Assembly: GCA_044229145.1 (NCBI GenBank)
Contig: JBGATO010000003.1
Coordinates: forward strand, 98,359-113,920
Length of the DNA stretch: 15,562 bases
Source of the DNA: Candidatus Eiseniibacteriota bacterium
GTDB taxonomy: Bacteria > Eisenbacteria > RBG-16-71-46 > CAZEPH01
Direction of reading: 5' to 3'
The position numbers were made by a program, and so were the translations under genes. The notes under the pieces are model-generated. The model did not search any database. It had not been told where the DNA came from and was given only the letters and a program-made list of their open reading frames with translations. Positions within the stretch are counted from its first letter, which is position 1; each line of letters opens with the position of its first letter. Positions 1-5,811 of this stretch are shown here, one piece after another.

Positions 1-763
1 AGAGCTGGCGTTCGGCGCCCTGCGGATAGCGCACGCGGCAGCCGACGATCGACACCGCGATGCCGTCGCACGGCGTCTGGGCGAGCGCGGCTTGCAGCGC
101 CTCCGCCGCATCGCGCTTGTCGATCTCGAGGCCGATCGCCACCTGGCGCGCGCCGGTGAGCCGTGCCATCGCCAGCGCGCCTTCGAGGACGCCGTGGGGA
201 TCGGCGAGCACGGTGCGGTAGTCGGACGTGAGATACGGCTCGCATTCGGCCGCGTTCAGCACCAACGTGTCGACGCCGGCGTCGCGCGCCGCCGCCAACT
301 TGCGCGAGGTCGGATACGCCGCGCCGCCGAGGCCGACGATGCCGGCCGCCGCGATGCGCTCGAGCGCCGTCTCGGCGGAACACGCGCGCCACGCGGGATC
401 TTCGTCGAACGTGACCGGCGGCGGCGCCGCGTCACCTTCGGGCAGCGCCGCCGCGGCGATCACCACCGCCGGCGCGATCACCAGCGACGGATGCGGAAAC
501 TTGTCGAACGGCTTGACCTTGCCGTCGATCGTCGCGTGGAGCGGCACGTCGCCTTCGGCGATCAGCTGGCCGCGCCGCACGAACTCGCCCTTCTTGACGA
601 TGGGCGTGGCGGGCGCGCCGATGTGCTGCGAGAGCGGCAGGCGCACTTCGGACGGCGCGGGGACATCCTCGATCGGCTTGCGCGCGGTGGCCTCCTTGTG
701 CGCGCCGGGATGGATCCCGCCGCGCCCAAAGGTGACCAGCCGCGTCCAGGCCGCGGTCGCCAT
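1..763 (-). CDS. rsxC: Rnf/Rsx electron transport complex subunit C (N-terminal part; runs off the left edge)
   Basis: Not in the ORF track because it has no stop in the window. Manual translation from ATG at 763 gives MATAAWTRLVTFGRGGIHPGAHKEATARKPIEDVPAPSEVRLPLSQHIGAPATPIVKKGEFVRRGQLIAEGDVPLHATIDGKV...AGIVGLGGAAYPT...LVLNAAECEPYLTSD...YPQGAERQL. GGIHP, PLxQHIGAP, GIVGLGGAxxPT, NxAECEPYLTxD and YPQGAExQL are RnfC hallmarks. The start overlaps the apbE stop (TGATG). Confidence 0.95.
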   Translation of the reverse strand, partial: MATAAWTRLVTFGRGGIHPGAHKEATARKPIEDVPAPSEVRLPLSQHIGAPATPIVKKGEFVRRGQLIAEGDVPLHATIDGKVKPFDKFPHPSLVIAPAVVIAAAALPEGDAAPPPVTFDEDPAWRACSAETALERIAAAGIVGLGGAAYPTSRKLAAARDAGVDTLVLNAAECEPYLTSDYRTVLADPHGVLEGALAMARLTGARQVAIGLEIDKRDAAEALQAALAQTPCDGIAVSIVGCRVRYPQGAERQL

Positions 764-1767
764 CAGCCGCCGTACACCGCGAGCACGCCCGGCCACTGCC
801 GCGCGGCGTCGAGCGAGGTGAGGAAGGCGGCGGTGGAGGCGACGTCCGCGTCGACCGCGGTGCGCGCGTGGATCGTCACGCTCTGGTGTGCTTGCGATGG
901 ACGGCCGAGCGCGGCGTTGAGCAAGTGGCCGACGCGCACGCCGGCGACGTCGTGGAACTGCTCGGTGTTGGCCGACGTCGCCACCGCCGCGTCGCGCAGC
1001 ACGAGTTCGCGGCGAACCGCGCCGGTGGCGGGGTCCAGCACGCCAATCCGCCAGCCGCGCGCATCGTCGTCCGGCGCGCCGAGCGCGAAGATGTTGCCGC
1101 CGGCGTCAACGAGCCCATTGCGGACACCGTGGGCGCGCAACGCGTCCGCCGCGCGATCCACCGCCCAGCCCTTGCCGATCGACCCGAGATCGATGCCGGC
1201 GCCGGCCTGCGTCAGGGCGAGGCTGTCGGCCGCATCGTCGAGCACGACGCCACGCCAGTCGGCGAGGCGTTCGAGGCGCGCCAGCTCGCGGTCGCTCGGC
1301 CAGCGCGCGGCGTCGGCACCGTAGAAGCCGTAGGCGCGCATCAGCGGCAGCACGGCGGGCGAGTAGACGCCGCCGGTGCGCGCCGCCATCGCCGTCGAGA
1401 GCCGCACCACCTCGCGGAGCGCCGGCGAGGCCGCGACCGCGTGACGCCCGGCGGCGGCGTTCGCCGCGCACACCGCGCTCGAGGCGCGGAACAGGCTCAT
1501 CTCGCGGTCCACCGCGTCGATCGCCGCGAAGGCGTCGCGCACCGCGGCCTCGGCGACGGCCGGCGACTCGTGCACGGCCACCACGCGGACCCAGGTGCCC
1601 AACTGCGCGCGCGTCTGGTCGACACGCACCGGCGCGCTGAACCGCGCGCCGCGTCCGAGGCTTCGCCACAGGCCGCCGGCGATCGTCACCGTCGCCAGGC
1701 CGCCGCCGAGCCCTACCAAGAAGCGCCGCCGCGACAGCGTGCCGCGCGGCTCGTCAGGAGTTCGCAT
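763..1767 (-). CDS. apbE: FAD:protein FMN transferase (ApbE/RnfF/NosX family) with twin-arginine signal
   Basis: 334 aa ORF. N-terminal SRRRFL plus a hydrophobic stretch (Tat). ApbE motifs GIDLGSIGKGWAVD, LVDAGGNI, GWRIGVLDP, AVATS, HLLN..LGRP, SVTI....AVDADVASTA. Directly upstream of rnfC; Rnf subunits RnfG and RnfD are known ApbE substrates. Confidence 0.93.
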   Translation of the reverse strand: MRTPDEPRGTLSRRRFLVGLGGGLATVTIAGGLWRSLGRGARFSAPVRVDQTRAQLGTWVRVVAVHESPAVAEAAVRDAFAAIDAVDREMSLFRASSAVCAANAAAGRHAVAASPALREVVRLSTAMAARTGGVYSPAVLPLMRAYGFYGADAARWPSDRELARLERLADWRGVVLDDAADSLALTQAGAGIDLGSIGKGWAVDRAADALRAHGVRNGLVDAGGNIFALGAPDDDARGWRIGVLDPATGAVRRELVLRDAAVATSANTEQFHDVAGVRVGHLLNAALGRPSQAHQSVTIHARTAVDADVASTAAFLTSLDAARQWPGVLAVYGG

Positions 1768-1775
1768 GCCTCATT

Positions 1776-1846
1776 CGTACCGCCCCACCTGGCCGTGCCG
1801 CCAGGTGGGCCGAGGGCGCAGACGCGGATGCGCCCTCGGAGGTACG
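1776..1846 (-). other. Structured leader element: three-way junction (closing stem plus two perfect hairpins) upstream of apbE
   Basis: CGTACC(1776-1781) pairs with GGTACG(1841-1846). CCCACCTGGC(1784-1793) pairs with GCCAGGTGGG(1800-1809). CCGAGGGCGCA(1810-1820) pairs with TGCGCCCTCGG(1829-1839). All are perfect Watson-Crick complements. Function unknown. Confidence 0.6.
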
Positions 1847-1853
1847 CGGCGGC

Positions 1854-1879
1854 GATGGGGCCAGGTCGCCAAAGGTTCC
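1854..1879 (-). promoter_or_regulatory. Candidate ECF-type promoter (GGAAC-N17-CATC) for the apbE-rnf operon
   Basis: The minus strand reads GGAAC(1879-1875)-17 nt-CATC(1857-1854). GGAAC is the common ECF -35 core. The implied start site (about 1846-1848) coincides with the 5' end of the structured element. Confidence 0.3.
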
Positions 1880-1964
1880 GTTGCCGTGTGCGCCCCAAGT
1901 CGCGACACTGCGCGCGTCAGGCGGGACCGCGCTGGGTGCGTCCCCCAAGCCCGAGGAGGAAGTC

Positions 1965-2159
1965 GTGCGTCAGTTCTACGTCGTCGAGGACGATTGCACC
2001 GAATGCGGTGACTGCATCAAGGCCCTGCCCCAGGCATTCCGCAAGGTCGAGGACGAAGAGATCGCCGAAGCGTACAACACCGACATCGACGACTCGCTCG
2101 AGGACACCGTGCGCCAGGTGATGGCGGACTGCCCGGGCAAGGCGATCAAGTGGCGGTAG
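1965..2159 (+). CDS. Small acidic single-cluster ferredoxin (4Fe-4S/3Fe-4S type)
   Basis: GTG at 1965 is preceded by the strong SD GAGGAGG (1953-1959). The 64 aa product MRQFYVVEDDCTECGDCIKALPQAF...MADCPGKAIKWR has CxxCxxC and a distal CP, and is very D/E-rich. Confidence 0.9.
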   Translation: MRQFYVVEDDCTECGDCIKALPQAFRKVEDEEIAEAYNTDIDDSLEDTVRQVMADCPGKAIKWR

Positions 2160-2177
2160 GCCTCTAGCACCGCGCGC

Positions 2178-2210
2178 CGGGAAGCCGCATCACGCGGATG
2201 CGGCTTCCCG
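2178..2210. terminator. 14-bp perfect hairpin between convergent genes (terminator-like, no U-tract)
   Basis: CGGGAAGCCGCATC(2178-2191)-ACGCG-GATGCGGCTTCCCG(2197-2210). It starts 19 nt after the ferredoxin stop and overlaps the stop of the opposing membrane-protein gene. Confidence 0.55.
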
Positions 2211-2882
2211 CAGCAACGCCCGCCGCGCCGGCACCATCCCCGCACACATCGCCACCATCCCGAGCAGCATCCAGTTGTCCAAGTCCGCGAACACCACCAC
2301 CAGCACCGCTCCCAGCATGACGCCCGCCGCCGCCCAGCGCGGCACCGCCCGCGACGTCCACAAACCCCAGCCAAGCACCACGAGTCCGATCAGCGGCAGA
2401 CGCGACAGCGCCGTCGTCAGCGCGAACACGCCTTCCGGCGCGGTGAGCGCGTTCCACACCGCGACCGCCGCCTCGGTGTATTGCGGCGGCGTCTTGCCGA
2501 TCGCGAACAGCGATGTCCACACCGCGAACAAGCTCGCCAAGTAGAGACAGCCCGGCAGCCCGATCAGCAGGCCGAGGATCGCGGTACCCGGCGCGCGCCG
2601 CCACACCAGCCAGCCGAGACCGACCATCGCCGCCAGCATCCACGGCATCGACAGGTAGCCGAGCACGTGCGGATCGTGCATCCACATGCGCCGCGCACCG
2701 AGTTCGATGAGACGCGGCACGTAGCGATCTCCCGGCGCTTGGATGTACGTGAGCTTGAAGTGCGTGAAGTCCGCCAGGTGGTGGAAGTGCATCACGAACA
2801 CCAGGGCGAACAGCAGCGGGAAGGCGAGCATCGCGTCGCCGCACAAGCGGCGGACGAGCGTGCGGGCAGCGGCGTGCGTCAT
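2190..2882 (-). CDS. Integral membrane protein of unknown function (about 6 TM; DUF4386-like)
   Basis: ATG at 2882 with GGAG upstream. The 230 aa product MTHAAART... has several long hydrophobic segments and the pattern 'GWGLWTSRAVPRWAA' typical of DUF4386-like proteins. The upstream part of track ORF 2190..3806 is antisense to TetR and not credible. Confidence 0.75.
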   Translation of the reverse strand: MTHAAARTLVRRLCGDAMLAFPLLFALVFVMHFHHLADFTHFKLTYIQAPGDRYVPRLIELGARRMWMHDPHVLGYLSMPWMLAAMVGLGWLVWRRAPGTAILGLLIGLPGCLYLASLFAVWTSLFAIGKTPPQYTEAAVAVWNALTAPEGVFALTTALSRLPLIGLVVLGWGLWTSRAVPRWAAAGVMLGAVLVVVFADLDNWMLLGMVAMCAGMVPARRALLREAASA

Positions 2883-2983
2883 GGCGAATCTCCGGGGGCT
2901 AGACTGCGGCGGGCGAGTTCGATCACACTCCTTGTGCCGCAGCACGCCGCCCGCGTGCAAGCGCCCTCTGCGCCGGACGCCAG

Positions 2984-3017
2984 GATCGCGGACGGCGCCC
3001 CGCATTTTTCCGCGATC
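2984..3017. promoter_or_regulatory. 9-bp inverted repeat in the divergent intergenic region; candidate TetR operator or leader hairpin
   Basis: GATCGCGGA(2984-2992)-16 nt-TCCGCGATC(3009-3017), just upstream of the TetR SD. Confidence 0.3.
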
Positions 3018-3035
3018 GTTCGGAGGACCCCCGCG

Positions 3036-3566
3036 ATGGACAAGCGTGTGCGCCGCAGCCGCGAGGCACTCGCCCACGCGCTCACCGCGCGGATGCGCGA
3101 GCAACCCTTCGCGCGGATTCGCGGCGAGGACGTGGCGCGCGAGGCCGGCGTGGCGCGCTCGACCTTCTACGCCCGCGCCGGCTCCACGCACGCGCTGTTC
3201 TTCGACATGCTCGATCAGGTGACAGGATGGTTGTTGGTCGAACGGTTCGCACGGGACCCGGTGAGCGGACGCCCGCTCCTGCGCACGCGCGACTTCTGGG
3301 ACCACATCCGCGACCAACGCGAGTTGTGCGACAACCTGGCGCGCGATCCGGGCTGGCCGGCGGTGACGACGCACATGGAGAGTTTTCTCGGCCCGCAATT
3401 CGCCGCGCGGCTCCGCGAATGGGGCCATGAGGCCGCGGACGCGGCGCTGACCGGCGCGTTGCTCGCCGGCGCGGTCACGGGCGTGTTGGTGGCGTGGCAT
3501 GCCGGCGGCATGCGGCGGACACCGGACGAACTGGATGCGTTGGTGACGGCGCGCGTGCGGCTCTAG
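3036..3566 (+). CDS. TetR/AcrR family transcriptional regulator
   Basis: ATG at 3036 with SD GGAGG (3022-3026). MDKRVRRSREALAHAL...PFARIRGEDVAREAGVARSTFY is a TetR HTH of the 'DxRvrRT' subtype. 176 aa. Divergent from a membrane protein gene. Confidence 0.9.
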   Translation: MDKRVRRSREALAHALTARMREQPFARIRGEDVAREAGVARSTFYARAGSTHALFFDMLDQVTGWLLVERFARDPVSGRPLLRTRDFWDHIRDQRELCDNLARDPGWPAVTTHMESFLGPQFAARLREWGHEAADAALTGALLAGAVTGVLVAWHAGGMRRTPDELDALVTARVRL

Positions 3567-4528
3567 ACGCGGGCGAGCAGCGCCGCTTCGCGCGCCGGGT
3601 CGAGCGCGAGGGGAATCTCGCGGTTGCCGAGCGATGCGCGCAGGTCGGCCAGTGTGGTGGCGAGCGGTGTCAGCACGAGGCCCGCATCGAGCGCCCGCGC
3701 GGCACTGACGTCCATGAGCCCGGCGCGCGGCCCGTGTTCGGGGCGATAGAGCGGCAGCTCGTTGTACGTCAGGCCTTCCGCGGCGAGGAGCGGCGCCGGC
3801 ACCCACCGCAGCTCGTGCGCTCCGAGCGTCGCGAGGAACTCACGCCAGGTCACCCGTGGCCCGGCGAGATCGAACGGCCCGGCGAGTCCGCGTTCGAGCG
3901 CGAGCATCACGAACCCCGCAAGGTCACGCACATCGAGTGCCTGCACGTGATCGTCGCCATCGCCGGGGCCGAGCATCGGGCCTGGCAGCGCGGCGCGGCG
4001 AATCCAATACGCGTGACGATCGCTGTCGTCGTGCGGTCCGGTGACGATCTGCGGCCGGACGATTGTCGCGCGCTCGTCGAACGCGGCGGTCACGATGTCT
4101 TCGCAGGCGACCTTGAGCGGACCGTAGGTGCTGTCGTCGATGTCCTCGAGGCGCGCGAGATCGTCGCGATGCGGCGCGAGGCGCGGGTGTGCTTCGGTAA
4201 CCGGGCGCTCGGTGGGATCGCCATAGACCGCCACTGCGCTGACGAAAAGGTAGCGGCCGACGGCGCCGTCCAGCACCGCGCTGCTCGCGCGCACGTGCCG
4301 CGGCATGTAGCCACACGTATCGACGCATGCGTCGAAGGTGCGGCCGGCGAGTGCGGCGAGCCCGTCGATGCCGCCGTCGCGATCGCCGCGCAGGCGCTCG
4401 ACGTCGGGCGGCAGCGGATCCGGAGTGGCGCCGCGCGTCAGGATCGTGACACGATGCCCGCGCGCCAGGAGCGCGGTGACGATGTGGCGGCCGAGGAATC
4501 GCGTGCCGCCGAGCAAGAGGACGTTCAC
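3563..4528 (-). CDS. NAD-dependent epimerase/dehydratase (atypical SDR, isoflavone-reductase-like)
   Basis: MNVLLLGGTRFLGRHIV Rossmann motif, YLFVSAVAVY, catalytic-type YGPLK (YxxxK), IVRPQIVTGPHD, DVRDLA. The GTG start overlaps the upstream stop (GTGA). Confidence 0.9.
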   Translation of the reverse strand: MNVLLLGGTRFLGRHIVTALLARGHRVTILTRGATPDPLPPDVERLRGDRDGGIDGLAALAGRTFDACVDTCGYMPRHVRASSAVLDGAVGRYLFVSAVAVYGDPTERPVTEAHPRLAPHRDDLARLEDIDDSTYGPLKVACEDIVTAAFDERATIVRPQIVTGPHDDSDRHAYWIRRAALPGPMLGPGDGDDHVQALDVRDLAGFVMLALERGLAGPFDLAGPRVTWREFLATLGAHELRWVPAPLLAAEGLTYNELPLYRPEHGPRAGLMDVSAARALDAGLVLTPLATTLADLRASLGNREIPLALDPAREAALLARV

Positions 4529-4947
4529 GCGCGCACCCGCGCGACGGCGAGCACGTGGCCGTCGGGATCGAGGCAGTAGCCGGCGTCGTGGCCCCAGTCG
4601 CGCGGCGTGACGTCGCTCACCGGCGCCGCGCCGGCGGCCAGCGCGCGCACCAGCGCCGCGGCGGGGTCGTCGAGCAGCAGATACAACTCGGCGCGCGGGG
4701 CACGTGAGGCGGTGGCAGGATCGAGCGCCGCATCGCCGAGTAATCGACGCGCCCCGGCGGCCGGCATGAGCCCCAACACCGCGCCGTCGCTCAATACGAA
4801 CTCGGTCATGCCCGGCACGTCGAGCCGCGGCGCGCGTTGCAACACCGCCGCGTAGAACGCCGCACTGCGCGCCTGATCGGCGACGTAAAGAATGAAATGC
4901 GCGGTGGCGATGACCGTCTCGCCGTCTTGTGCTGTCGTTGGCTCCAT
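4525..4947 (-). CDS. VOC/glyoxalase family domain; in frame with pcm, possibly also translated from its own ATG at 4947
   Basis: HFILYVADQARSAAFYAAVL...PGMTEF...LGLMP...PRAELYLLLDDP....RALAAGA..VS....RDWGH...YCLDPDGHVLAVA fits the VOC fold motifs. There is no stop codon between it and pcm. Confidence 0.8.
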   Translation of the reverse strand: MEPTTAQDGETVIATAHFILYVADQARSAAFYAAVLQRAPRLDVPGMTEFVLSDGAVLGLMPAAGARRLLGDAALDPATASRAPRAELYLLLDDPAAALVRALAAGAAPVSDVTPRDWGHDAGYCLDPDGHVLAVARVRA

Positions 4948-5637
4948 TCCGCTGCGCGTTCCCTCACTACTTGTCCGTGTGGCGACACCCCCAGTCATCG
5001 GGACGAAGCGGACGCCGAGCGTCTGGAGCACGTCGAGTTCGTCGCCTCGCCGGCGCAGCACCTGCAGGGTCTGCCGCGCCTCGCCGACGGGAATCACCAG
5101 GAGGCCGCCCTCGGTGAGTTGCGCCACGAGTGCGGACGGCACCTCGCGCGGCGCGGCCGTGACGATGATGCGATCGAACGGGGCTTCCTCAGGCCAGCCG
5201 GCGTGACCGTCGGCGCAGCGCACGTGCACGTTCCGATAGCCGCGCGCGGCGAGTCGCGTCGCGGCCTCGCGGGCCAACGGCGCGCTGATCTCCACCGACC
5301 ACACTTCGCGCGCCAGCAGGCCGAGCACCGCCGTCTGGTAGCCCGATCCGGTGCCGATCTCCAGGACGCGATGCGTGGCGTCGAGCGCCAGCGCCTCGCT
5401 CATGAACGCCACGATGTAGGGCTGCGAAATCGTCTGCTCGTGGCCGATCGGCAGCGGAGAATCCGCATAGGCCTCGTGCCGCCATGCCTCCGGCACGAAC
5501 AGGTGCCGTGGCACGGTGCGCAGGGCATCGAGCACCCGCTCGTCCACGATCCCGCGGGCGGCCACTTGCTCGTCGACCATCCGCTGCCGGGCGCCCGCCG
5601 TGTCGTCGGTGCGGCCCCAGGCCAGGAATCTCCGCAT
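4525..5637 (-). CDS. pcm: Protein-L-isoaspartate(D-aspartate) O-methyltransferase, apparently fused C-terminally to a VOC domain (370 aa)
   Basis: ATG at 5637 with SD GGAGG 7 nt upstream. Motifs VPRHLFVP, AYADSPLPIGHEQTISQPYIVA, VLEIGTGSGYQTA, GWPEEAPFDRIIVTAA, LVIPVG, VRFVPM. The PCM domain ends near 4990 but the frame continues to 4525. Confidence 0.92.
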   Translation of the reverse strand: MRRFLAWGRTDDTAGARQRMVDEQVAARGIVDERVLDALRTVPRHLFVPEAWRHEAYADSPLPIGHEQTISQPYIVAFMSEALALDATHRVLEIGTGSGYQTAVLGLLAREVWSVEISAPLAREAATRLAARGYRNVHVRCADGHAGWPEEAPFDRIIVTAAPREVPSALVAQLTEGGLLVIPVGEARQTLQVLRRRGDELDVLQTLGVRFVPMTGGVATRTSSEGTRSGMEPTTAQDGETVIATAHFILYVADQARSAAFYAAVLQRAPRLDVPGMTEFVLSDGAVLGLMPAAGARRLLGDAALDPATASRAPRAELYLLLDDPAAALVRALAAGAAPVSDVTPRDWGHDAGYCLDPDGHVLAVARVRA

Positions 5638-5811
5638 CGGCTCGCCTCCGCGTCCCGCAGGACGCTCCGCCAGTATACGCCGGCCCCGCGAAATTTTTCG
5701 CCAACGCGCCGCCGGCACCCGCGACAGAGGGAGTGTCACGCAGGCGGGTGACGCGAACGTCACGTTCGCCACAGGCCCGCTCCCTGTGAACCCCAGTCCG
5801 GAGGTCTCGTC

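Noticed and set aside
1768..1964. FMN riboswitch upstream of the flavin transferase
   Set aside because: The context is tempting, but the conserved FMN aptamer sequence blocks and six-helix architecture are not visible.
92..2121. Long plus-strand ORFs 92..1324, 228..821 and 868..2121
   Set aside because: Arg/Ala-rich antisense shadows of rnfC and apbE, typical of high-GC DNA, with no recognisable motifs.
3563..3566. Overlapping stop codons (CTAG) of the convergent TetR and SDR genes
   Set aside because: A common compact arrangement with no sign of special function.
2883..3806. N-terminal extensions in track ORFs 2190..3806 (-) and 2481..3566 (+), and 1881..1964 of the ferredoxin ORF
   Set aside because: They overlap genuine genes or regulatory DNA. 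Internal starts with good SD sequences (2882, 3036, 1965) match the domain boundaries.
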